Below, in pieces: positions 56,314 through 64,000 of a stretch of 64,000 nt of DNA. The notes below the pieces were generated by a model. That model had not been told where the DNA came from. It did not search any database and saw nothing but the letters and a program-made list of their open reading frames with translations. Source of the DNA: Candidatus Methylomirabilota bacterium (GTDB lineage Bacteria > Methylomirabilota > Methylomirabilia > Rokubacteriales > CSP1-6); NCBI GenBank assembly GCA_035936835.1, contig DASYVT010000215.1:27394-91393 (forward strand). The letters are read 5' to 3'. The position numbers and the translations under genes were made by a program. Positions within the stretch are counted from its first letter, which is position 1, and each line of letters starts with the position of its first letter.

Positions 56314-57813
56314 ATGGCGCGGATCGGCATCGACCTCAGTCGTCGCATCGGACACGTTGACCGGCGCATCTTCGGCAACTTCATCGAGCACCTCGGCCGC
56401 TGCATCTACGGGGGCGTCTTCGACGAGGGCTCGCCGCTCAGCAATGCGAACGGCTACCGCCTCGATGTCCTCGACGCGGTCCGTCCGCTCCGCGTGCCCG
56501 TCCTCCGCTGGCCCGGTGGGAACTTCGTCAGCGGCTATCACTGGCTCGACGGCGTCGGGCCCGTCGCCGACCGCCCGCGCCGCAGCGAGCTGGCCTGGTA
56601 CGCCGAGGAGTCGAACCGCTTCGGCACGAACGAGTTCATCGAGTACTGCCGCGTCATCGGCGCCGAGCCGTACATCTGCGTGAACATGGGCACGGGCACC
56701 ATGGACGAGGCGCAGTCCTGGGTGGAGTACTGCAACGGCACGGGCAACACGTCGTGGGCGAACCTGCGCCGGGCGCACGGCTATCCCGAGCCCCACCGCG
56801 TGCGCTACTGGGGCCTCGGCAACGAGATGTACGGGGGCTGGCAGATCGGGAGCCTCAGCGCCGAGGACTACGTGAAGAAAGCGCGCACCCTGGCGCTCGT
56901 CATGAAGCGCACGGATCCCACGATCGAGCTGATCGGCTGCGGCCACAATGGATGGAGCGACTGGGACGCGGTGGTGCTCGAGGGCCTGGCGCCGATCATC
57001 GACTACCACAGCATCCACCTCTACACGGGCCACCCCGATCACTACACGACGGTCTTCCAGTCGCACCAGGCCGAGCGGGCGGTCCGGATCTGCGAAGCGC
57101 TCATCGAGCGGGTCCGTCACGCCCAGCGCATCGCGCATCCGATCCACATCGCGTTCGACGAATGGAATGTCTGGTACCGCACGCGGAGCCACGAGGATCG
57201 GGTCGGCGGCGTCGAAGAGCGCTACAACCTCTCGGACGCCCTGGCGGTGGCGACATACCTGAACGGATTCATCCGGCATTGTCGTACCGTTCGGCTCGCC
57301 AACTTCGCCCAGCTCGTCAACGCGATCGCCCCGATCTTCACGAACGCGGGGGGGCTCTTCCTGCAGACCATCTACCATCCGCTGCGGCTGTACGCCGAGC
57401 ACACGCTCGAGACGGCCCTCGACGTCCACGTGGACTGCCCGACCTACGATCTGCCGCCCGGGCGGGAGGACGAGGGGGACGGACGCGTGCACCACGTGGC
57501 CGATCTCGGCCCATTCGCGATGCTGGACGCCTCAGCGACCTGCGACGTCGCCGCCGGCACGCTCACGCTTGCCGTCGTCAATCGCGACCGGGATCGCAGG
57601 CATGCGGCGATGATCGATCTTGCGGGCGCGGAGGTCAGCGGAGCCGTCCAGGTGTCGGAGGTCAACGGTCCCGACGTGACCGCGATGAACTCCTTCGAGC
57701 ACCCCGATGCGGTCGGCGCCCGCGAGCGCCGGCTGGAGCCTCGCGACGGCAAGCTCGAGTACGACTTCCCCGCCCATTCGCTCAGCGTCCTGCGGATGCG
57801 GCTCCGGTCATAG
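56314..57813 (+). CDS. Alpha-L-arabinofuranosidase (glycoside hydrolase family 51)
   Basis: GGNFVSGYHW, WGLGNEMYG (catalytic acid/base Glu) and FDEWNVW (nucleophile Glu) motifs. Confidence 0.85.
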   Translation: MARIGIDLSRRIGHVDRRIFGNFIEHLGRCIYGGVFDEGSPLSNANGYRLDVLDAVRPLRVPVLRWPGGNFVSGYHWLDGVGPVADRPRRSELAWYAEESNRFGTNEFIEYCRVIGAEPYICVNMGTGTMDEAQSWVEYCNGTGNTSWANLRRAHGYPEPHRVRYWGLGNEMYGGWQIGSLSAEDYVKKARTLALVMKRTDPTIELIGCGHNGWSDWDAVVLEGLAPIIDYHSIHLYTGHPDHYTTVFQSHQAERAVRICEALIERVRHAQRIAHPIHIAFDEWNVWYRTRSHEDRVGGVEERYNLSDALAVATYLNGFIRHCRTVRLANFAQLVNAIAPIFTNAGGLFLQTIYHPLRLYAEHTLETALDVHVDCPTYDLPPGREDEGDGRVHHVADLGPFAMLDASATCDVAAGTLTLAVVNRDRDRRHAAMIDLAGAEVSGAVQVSEVNGPDVTAMNSFEHPDAVGARERRLEPRDGKLEYDFPAHSLSVLRMRLRS

Positions 57814-57879
57814 CCAAGAGGACCGTCGCCCGGCGCTTACCAACGGGCCTCCGGGCCCGACAAGGATCCCCGCGTGCAG

Positions 57880-59217
57880 CTAGTAGTGAAACTCCGCCAC
57901 GGTGACGTGACCCTGTTCGAGCGGGTACGTCCGCACCGTCATCGACTCGGCGTTCAGCCCGACGGGGACGCCGCGCGATGGGCCGGGCTCGAAGCGCTGC
58001 GTGGCTTCCGACGTTCCCGGCACGCCTTCGTTCACACCCGCCGGGACCTTACCGTCGAGCACGAAGGTGTCGCGGCCGTGGCCAAGATAGCCGCGCGGCC
58101 GCGTCAGCGTCACGAGCGCGCCGGCCCCGCGCTCCTTGTCCGCCGGCAGTCGCGGGCGCACGTGGACGTAGCGGCTCGAGCGTGGGAACGGGGTGCGATA
58201 GATGTGCGTGGTCGGGTAGCCCTCGGCGGTCAGGACGAACTCGTAGTAGGCGTCGGACCGGCCGCGGAAGGGGCCCCAGTGGCCGTCGGCGCCGATCGTC
58301 TTGCGGTGCGCCGGTTCGCCGCCGCGCCGCACTCCTGACGCGGGATCCACCTCGTAGACCTCCACCGTCGCGCCCAGCATCGGCACGTTCGTCGGCGTGC
58401 CGCCCGCGAAGCCACTCACCAGGCCGTCCAGAACGGGCGCCACCTGCGGGACCGGATCGAGCGTCTTGGGCTCGGCGCCGGTGATGAACGCGAACATCGT
58501 GTTGAAGGCGAGGCGGTGGAAGGCGACCTCTCGGTGATCGAGTCCGGAAAGCACGGCATTCGTGGCCCCGCGGAGCTCGGGCCCCGCGAACGTCACGCCC
58601 GTCGGCTGGCCTGGCATCCCGACGAACCGGCCCTCCGGCTGGGCGTACTTGTCGTTGCTGTCGCTGCGGATGGTCATGAAGCGGACGCCGGCGACGACTT
58701 CGTCCGGAGTATTGAGCCGCGTGAGGAATGACCCAGCGCCGTGGAACTCGTTGTTGAGGTTCGGGTTGGTCGCCTGGGTGCCGTGATTCGGAGAGCCGCC
58801 GAGGATGGCGTGGGAGACGTTGGGCGCGCCGCCGCCGAACTTGACGTAGTTGCGGATGGCGTTGCCGCCACGCGAGCTGCCAATGAGCACCACCTGCTTC
58901 TGCCCCGTGCGCGCCAGGATCTCGGCCACCTTCGCGGCCAGCTCGCGGAGCGCGTCGTCGGCGCTGCTGCGGTTCTCCTGTGGCTTCGTGTCGTCGGTAC
59001 GCGCGCTCGGATGCGTGAAGTCGATGGCGAACAGCCGCGCGGGGTCGTAGCCGTTCGACTCGAAGCGCCACACGGTGGTGATCCAGAGCGCCGCGTTGTC
59101 GCCGTTGCCGTGCACGAAGAGAATCGGCGGCGACAGCTCCGCGCCGCGCGCGGGCGGCGCCAAGCCGGGGCCGGCGAGAAGAGAGGCGACGGCCACGATG
59201 GAGACCAAGGCGCGCAT
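57880..59217 (-). CDS. Secreted alpha/beta hydrolase (lipase-like)
   Basis: Signal peptide MRALVSIVAVASLLAGPGLA. ILFVHGNGDN and a VLIGSSRGG nucleophile-elbow-like motif. The ORF-track 1001 aa extension was discarded. Confidence 0.65.
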   Translation of the reverse strand: MRALVSIVAVASLLAGPGLAPPARGAELSPPILFVHGNGDNAALWITTVWRFESNGYDPARLFAIDFTHPSARTDDTKPQENRSSADDALRELAAKVAEILARTGQKQVVLIGSSRGGNAIRNYVKFGGGAPNVSHAILGGSPNHGTQATNPNLNNEFHGAGSFLTRLNTPDEVVAGVRFMTIRSDSNDKYAQPEGRFVGMPGQPTGVTFAGPELRGATNAVLSGLDHREVAFHRLAFNTMFAFITGAEPKTLDPVPQVAPVLDGLVSGFAGGTPTNVPMLGATVEVYEVDPASGVRRGGEPAHRKTIGADGHWGPFRGRSDAYYEFVLTAEGYPTTHIYRTPFPRSSRYVHVRPRLPADKERGAGALVTLTRPRGYLGHGRDTFVLDGKVPAGVNEGVPGTSEATQRFEPGPSRGVPVGLNAESMTVRTYPLEQGHVTVAEFHY

Positions 59218-59355
59218 CGGCAGCGAGTATGCCCCAGCGCGAGCCCGTTTCAAGGGGGGGGTGAGGCCGGCGACCTCGGCGAAGCGGAGCGGCCCGCGAG
59301 GTGCTACATTCTCTCCCGGCCGCGGAATCCTCCACAGACCCGGAAAGGACGGACC

Positions 59356-61002
59356 ATGGGAACGATCACGGGCTCGGAAGTACTGGCGCAGTCGCTCCGG
59401 TCGCAGGGCACCGACACCCTCTTCTACCTGATGGGCGGGCCCATGCTCGAGACCGAGGCGGCCTGCATCGCCCTCGGCATCCGGGCGATCGACACGCGGC
59501 ACGAACAGGCGGCGGCGCTCGCGGCGCACGCCTGGACGCGGGTGACGCGGCGGCCCGGCGTCTGCATGGGCTGCTCGGGCCCGGGCGCGACGAACCTGCT
59601 CACGGGCGTCGCCAACGCTTTCACCGACGCCGCGCCCCTCGTGGCGATCGGCGGGTCGAGCCCCCGAGTCTTTCTCGGGATGGAGGCTTTCCAGGAGATC
59701 GACCAGGTCGCGGTCTTCCGCCCGGTCACGAAATGGGCGGAGCGGATCTACGACGCCAGGCGCATCCCCGACGTGGTCGCGACGGCGTTCCGCCAGGCGA
59801 CGACGGGGCGCCCAGGCCCGGTCTATCTGGATCTGCCGGGCGACGTGCTGGGCGAAAAGGTGGAGGAAGAGAGCATCGTCTATCCGGCCGCGTGGCGCCC
59901 GGCGCCGCGCACGTTGGGCGATCCCGGTGCGATCCGCGAGGCGATCGCGCTCCTCGCGAAGGCCGAGCGCCCGGTCGTCATCGCCGGCAGCGGCGTCTGG
60001 TGGTCCGACGGGGCGGCCGCGCTCCAGGCCTTCGTCGAGACCGCGGGCATCCCCTTTTACACGACGCCGATCTCGCGCGGGCTGATCCCTGAAGACCACG
60101 CGCTGGCGTTTCTCAACGCGCGGAGCAAGGCCTTCACCGAGGCGGACGTGGTGCTGGCGGTGGGCACGCGCTTCAACTGGGTCATCCAGTTCGGCCGTCC
60201 GCCGCGCTTCGCCGCCGACCTCAAGGTCATCCACGTGGACGTGAACCCGACCCAGCTCGGCCACAACCGCGCCGTGGACGTGCCGATCGCGGGCGACGCG
60301 CGCGCGGTGCTCGAGCAGCTCCGGGCGGAAGCCGAGGGCAAGATCGACCCGCGCCGATACGCGGCCTGGACGGGCAAGCTCCGGACGCTCGACGCCGAGA
60401 AGTCGGCGGAGATGGACAAGGCCATGTCCGCGAACACGGCGCCCATCCATCCGCTCCGCCTCTGCAAGGAGGTGCGCGACTTCCTCCAGCGCGACGCGAT
60501 CCTCATCGTGGACGGCCAGGAGATCCTCAACTACGGCCGGCAGGCGATCCCGACCTTCGTGCCCGGCCACCGGCTCAACTCGGGCGCGTTCGGGTGCATG
60601 GGCGTCGGCCTGCCCTTCGCGGTCGGCGCGAAAGTGGCCAAGCCGGACGCGCAGGTGGTCGTGCTTCACGGCGACGGCTCGTATGGGATCAACGCGATGG
60701 AGATCGACACGGCGGTCCGCCACAAGATCCCCATCGTGGTCGTCATCAGCAACAACGGCGGGTGGACGGCCAACGCGCCGTGGACGCGCCCGCTGCCCAA
60801 GCCGGGTCGGAACCTCGGCCACACCCGCTACGACAAGATCGCGCAGGACCTGGGCGCCCACGGCGAGTTCGTCGAGAAGCCGCACGAGATTCGGCCGGCG
60901 CTCGAGCGCGCCTGGGCCTCAGGGAAGCCGGCCGTCGTCAACGTCGTCACCGACGACAAGGCGCGGGCGCAGACCGTGCGCTTCTCCGCGTACACGACCT
61001 AG
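59356..61002 (+). CDS. oxc: Oxalyl-CoA decarboxylase-like thiamine-diphosphate enzyme
   Basis: Blockwise similarity to Oxc: GRPGPVYLDLPGDVL, LLAKAERPVVIAG, GIPFYTTPISRGLIPEDHAL, HGDGSYGINAMEIDTAVRHKIPIVVVISNNGG and VNVVTD. Confidence 0.75.
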   Translation: MGTITGSEVLAQSLRSQGTDTLFYLMGGPMLETEAACIALGIRAIDTRHEQAAALAAHAWTRVTRRPGVCMGCSGPGATNLLTGVANAFTDAAPLVAIGGSSPRVFLGMEAFQEIDQVAVFRPVTKWAERIYDARRIPDVVATAFRQATTGRPGPVYLDLPGDVLGEKVEEESIVYPAAWRPAPRTLGDPGAIREAIALLAKAERPVVIAGSGVWWSDGAAALQAFVETAGIPFYTTPISRGLIPEDHALAFLNARSKAFTEADVVLAVGTRFNWVIQFGRPPRFAADLKVIHVDVNPTQLGHNRAVDVPIAGDARAVLEQLRAEAEGKIDPRRYAAWTGKLRTLDAEKSAEMDKAMSANTAPIHPLRLCKEVRDFLQRDAILIVDGQEILNYGRQAIPTFVPGHRLNSGAFGCMGVGLPFAVGAKVAKPDAQVVVLHGDGSYGINAMEIDTAVRHKIPIVVVISNNGGWTANAPWTRPLPKPGRNLGHTRYDKIAQDLGAHGEFVEKPHEIRPALERAWASGKPAVVNVVTDDKARAQTVRFSAYTT

Positions 61003-61013
61003 GAGCCTGCGCG

Positions 61014-62210
61014 ATGTCAAAAGCGCTCGACGGGATCCGCGTGCTCGACCTGACCCAGTACGAGGCGGGACCGAGCTGCACCCAGATGCTCGCGTGGCTC
61101 GGGGCCGACGTCATCAAGATCGAGGCGCCGGCGGGCGAGCCCGGCCGCACGGCGCTCTCCGACAAGCGCGGCGAGGACGCGTGGTTCTTCCTCCTGCTGA
61201 ACTCCTGCAAGAAGGGCGTGACGCTCAACCTCAAGGCGCCGCGCGGCTGCGCGATGTTCAAGGAGATGGTGAAGCGCGCGGACGTCGTCGTGGAAAACCT
61301 GGGCCCGGGCGCCATGGACCGGCTCGGCCTGGGCTACGAGGCGCTCCACAAGCTCAACCCGCGCGTCATTGCAGCCTCGGTGAAGGGCTTCGGCAGCGGC
61401 GGGCCGTACGCGGAGTACAAGAGCTTCGAATGGATCGCGCAGGCAATGTCGGGCGCGATGAGCATGACGGGCTCGCCCGACGGCCCCCCCACGAAGGCGA
61501 TCGGCGGCCTGGCCGACACGGGCGCGGGTCTTCATACGGTGATCGGCATCCTGGCGGCGATCATCCAGCGGCAGGCGACGGGCGTGGGGCAGCAGATCGA
61601 AGTCGCCCAGCAGGATTCGGTGGTGAACCTCCTCCGCATCCACCTGCGCGACAGCTACGCGACCGGCAAGCCGGTGCCGCGGCAGGGCAACCGCTCGCTG
61701 AACGCGGCGCCGTCGAACCTTTACCGCTGCCGCCCCTTCGGACCGAACGACTACGTCTTCATTCACGTCGCCACCGTGGAGATGTGGAAGGCGCTCACCA
61801 CGATCCTCGGCCGCCCCGAGCTGGGCGACGATCCGCGCTACGCCGACCGGCGCGACCGCGTCCAGTTCATCGACGAGATCGACCCCATGATCGAGGCGTG
61901 GACGGAGAAGCGCACGAAGCACGAGGTGCTGGAAAGCCTGGCGCCGAAGGGTATTCCGTGCGGGGCCGTCCTCGACTCGACCGAGATCCTGGCGGACCCG
62001 CACCTGCGCCAGCGCGGCATGATCGTCGAGCTGGAGCACCCGAGCCGCGGCGCCTACCCGATGCCCGGGAACCCGGTGCGCCTGTCCGACTCGCCCACCG
62101 ACATGACGCGCGCGCCACTCCTCGGCGAGCACAACGCGGAGATCTACGGCGAGCTGCTCGGCTACGGCAGCTCGGAACTCGACGCTCTTCACCGCGACGG
62201 CGTCATCTGA
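61014..62210 (+). CDS. frc: Formyl-CoA:oxalate CoA-transferase-like (CoA-transferase family III)
   Basis: GIRVLDLTQYEAGPSCTQMLAWLGADVIKIE N-terminus and PLLGEH C-terminal motif, typical of Frc/CaiB. Confidence 0.8.
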   Translation: MSKALDGIRVLDLTQYEAGPSCTQMLAWLGADVIKIEAPAGEPGRTALSDKRGEDAWFFLLLNSCKKGVTLNLKAPRGCAMFKEMVKRADVVVENLGPGAMDRLGLGYEALHKLNPRVIAASVKGFGSGGPYAEYKSFEWIAQAMSGAMSMTGSPDGPPTKAIGGLADTGAGLHTVIGILAAIIQRQATGVGQQIEVAQQDSVVNLLRIHLRDSYATGKPVPRQGNRSLNAAPSNLYRCRPFGPNDYVFIHVATVEMWKALTTILGRPELGDDPRYADRRDRVQFIDEIDPMIEAWTEKRTKHEVLESLAPKGIPCGAVLDSTEILADPHLRQRGMIVELEHPSRGAYPMPGNPVRLSDSPTDMTRAPLLGEHNAEIYGELLGYGSSELDALHRDGVI

Positions 62211-62221
62211 CGGAGACGCCG

Positions 62222-63751
62222 ATGAAACGCTCGCTGCGAAGCATGGTCGCGCTGGTCCTGCTCGCGCTGGCGTCCGCGGCGCCCGCCGCCGCGCAGCCGA
62301 GCGGCACCATGACGTGGGCCGTCCACGTCACGCTCGCCACCCGCTGGCTCGATCCGGCGGAGACCGAATCCGAGATCACGCCGTTCATGATCTTCTACGC
62401 GCTCCACGACGCGCTGGTCAAACCGATGCCCGCGAGCCTCAACGCGCCCAGCCTGGCCGAATCGTGGACCGTGTCGAAGGACGGGCGCGTCTGGGAGTTC
62501 GTGCTCCGCAAGGGCGCGCGCTTCCACAACGGCGATCCCGTCACCGGCGAGGACGTGAAGTTCTCCTTCGAGCGATACCGGGGAGCGGCCGCGCCCATCC
62601 TCAAGGAGCGGGTGCGAGAGGTGCAGGTGGTGGACCCCGGCCGCGTGCGCTTCCATCTCAAGGACCCCTGGCCCGACTTCATGACGTTCTACGGCACCAG
62701 CGCGTCCGGCGCGGCCTGGATCGTCCCCAAGAAATACGTCGAGAAGGTCGGCGAGGACGGGTTCCGAAGGGCGCCCATCGGCGCCGGCCCCTACAAGTTC
62801 GTGAGCTTCCAGCCCGGGATCGAGCTGGTGCTGGAGGCTTTTGACGGCTACTGGCGCAAGGCGCCGACCGTGAAGCGCCTCGTGCTCCGCAGCATTCCCG
62901 ACGAGTCGACGCGCGCGGCGGCGCTCAAGCGCGGCGAGGTGGACGTCGCCTACTATCTCAACGGGCCCATTGCCGATGACGTCCGGCGCACGCCGGGCCT
63001 CACGCTGAGCGCGACGCGCACGAACGGCGTTTTCTTCCTGATGTTCCCCGATCAATGGACGGCGGGCTCACCGTGGGCGGATCGTCGCGTCAGGATGGCG
63101 GCGAGCCTGGCCATCGACCGCCAGACGATCAATGAAGCCGAGTCTCTGGGGTTCTCGGGGCCCACGGGCAATATCGTTCCTCGCCACCAGGAGTTCGCGC
63201 TCCCTATCCCGCCCGATCCATACGACCCGAAGCGCGCGAAGGCGCTCCTCGCCGAAGCCGGCTATCCCAACGGGCTCGACGCGGGCGAGTTCACGCCGTT
63301 CCCCCCGTACAACTCGATGGGCGAGGCCATCGCGAACTATCTCAGCGCCGTGGGCATCAGGACCCGCGTGCGCACGATGGAGCGCGCCGCCCTCCTGTCC
63401 GCCTGGCGGGACAAGAAGCTCAAGGGACTGTTCGTTGGAGCGACGGGTTCGGCGGGCAACGCCTCGACGCGCTTCGAGGCCCTCGCGACCGCCCGAGGCG
63501 TCCTGTCATACGGGTCGATCCCGGAGGTCGAGGGCCTCTTCCAGGCACAGATCCAGGAGATGGACCGCAAGAAACGGGAAGACATGCTCCTCCAGATCCA
63601 GCGCATCGTTCATGAGCGCATGATCTTCGCGCCCATCTGGGAAAACGGGTTCATACGGGCCTTCGGGCCGCGCGTCGAGGAGGCCGGGCTGACGCTGATC
63701 CCCGCATTCCCCTACTCGGCGCCGCTCGAAGACGTTCGACTGAAGCGATAG
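62222..63751 (+). CDS. ABC transporter substrate-binding protein, family 5 (orphan, with no adjacent permeases)
   Basis: Signal peptide MKRSLRSMVALVLLALASAAPAAA. SBP_bac_5 pattern. Confidence 0.8.
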   Translation: MKRSLRSMVALVLLALASAAPAAAQPSGTMTWAVHVTLATRWLDPAETESEITPFMIFYALHDALVKPMPASLNAPSLAESWTVSKDGRVWEFVLRKGARFHNGDPVTGEDVKFSFERYRGAAAPILKERVREVQVVDPGRVRFHLKDPWPDFMTFYGTSASGAAWIVPKKYVEKVGEDGFRRAPIGAGPYKFVSFQPGIELVLEAFDGYWRKAPTVKRLVLRSIPDESTRAAALKRGEVDVAYYLNGPIADDVRRTPGLTLSATRTNGVFFLMFPDQWTAGSPWADRRVRMAASLAIDRQTINEAESLGFSGPTGNIVPRHQEFALPIPPDPYDPKRAKALLAEAGYPNGLDAGEFTPFPPYNSMGEAIANYLSAVGIRTRVRTMERAALLSAWRDKKLKGLFVGATGSAGNASTRFEALATARGVLSYGSIPEVEGLFQAQIQEMDRKKREDMLLQIQRIVHERMIFAPIWENGFIRAFGPRVEEAGLTLIPAFPYSAPLEDVRLKR

Positions 63752-63771
63752 CCGACGAAAGGAGTCCTGCC

Positions 63772-64000
63772 ATGGCACGCGCGTACAACGTGATCGACGC
63801 CGATGGACACGTGCTCGAGCCGGTGGACATCTGGGACAAGTACATCGACCCGGCGTACCGCGGGGTTGCGCCGCGGATCATCGCGGACACCGACGGCAAG
63901 GAGCGCCTGCTCATCGAGAACCAGGTGTTGGGAAGCAAGAAGGGCTTCGGCGTCATCGGGGCCATCGGCTCCCGGGACCACGAGGTGCCCGAAGACACCA
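63772..64000 (+). CDS. Amidohydrolase 2 family protein (N-terminal fragment; the gene runs off the window end)
   Basis: MARAYNVIDADGHVLEPVDIWDKYID, preceded by a GGAG RBS. Confidence 0.55.
   Translation, partial: MARAYNVIDADGHVLEPVDIWDKYIDPAYRGVAPRIIADTDGKERLLIENQVLGSKKGFGVIGAIGSRDHEVPEDT

Noticed and set aside
57880-60885. A 1001 aa minus-strand ORF spanning the lipase-like gene and the region antisense to oxc
   Set aside because: A signal peptide begins at MRALVSIV, so the real protein is 445 aa. The remainder overlaps the well-supported Oxc gene on the opposite strand.
60683-63751. A 1022 aa plus-strand ORF
   Set aside because: The N-terminal two thirds overlap frc in another frame and have Arg/Pro-rich spurious composition. 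The true SBP starts at MKRSLRS with a signal peptide (62222).
1-64000. tRNA, rRNA or other structured RNA genes in the intergenic regions
   Set aside because: No intergenic segment showed a tRNA-like length, a conserved T-loop (GTTC) with acceptor-stem context, or rRNA-like conservation. The intergenic regions are short or are accounted for by promoters and repeats.

Overview
This is a 64 kb window of high-GC (about 70%) bacterial chromosomal DNA. Catabolic and transport gene clusters are interrupted by accessory segments. No rRNA, tRNA or CRISPR array was seen.

Core content:
- An ATP-dependent hydantoinase pair (HyuA/HyuB-like), a class III aminotransferase and a peptide-type ABC importer at 0-8.9 kb.
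- A second hydantoin module at 26-32.7 kb: N-carbamoyl-D-amino-acid hydrolase, D-hydantoinase, an MmgE/PrpD protein and a complete polar amino-acid ABC transporter.
- A TauD/PhyH dioxygenase, crotonase and NDP-forming acyl-CoA synthetase cluster with a second peptide ABC importer at 34.8-43 kb.
- A degenerate IS1380-like element at 44.3-45.7 kb.
- Several amidohydrolase-2 enzymes, oxidoreductases, a sugar ABC importer with a GH51 arabinofuranosidase, and an oxalate module (Oxc plus Frc) at the right end.

The 8.9-25.9 kb stretch and a few other spots look accessory. They carry at least six toxin-antitoxin-like modules: Phd/RelE, HicBA, DUF6883/DUF4926/YgiT, HigBA, an orphan Phd, and an RHH/RelE pair. 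There is also a three-copy repeat family of about 310 bp whose full copies encode a 116 aa ORF, and a cluster of G-rich palindromic units.

The most interesting candidate is a minus-strand four-gene operon at 19.2-23.8 kb: a small protein, an HNH endonuclease with an unassigned N-terminal domain, a DUF2075 PD-(D/E)xK plus P-loop ATPase, and a Gfo/Idh/MocA oxidoreductase. It looks like an undescribed modification-dependent restriction or defense module.

A 70 bp segmental duplication links the 3' end of a dppC-like permease gene to the 5' end of the TauD gene, marking a past rearrangement. All functional calls come from reading the translated ORFs for motifs. Coordinates refined from the ORF track may be off by a few nucleotides.
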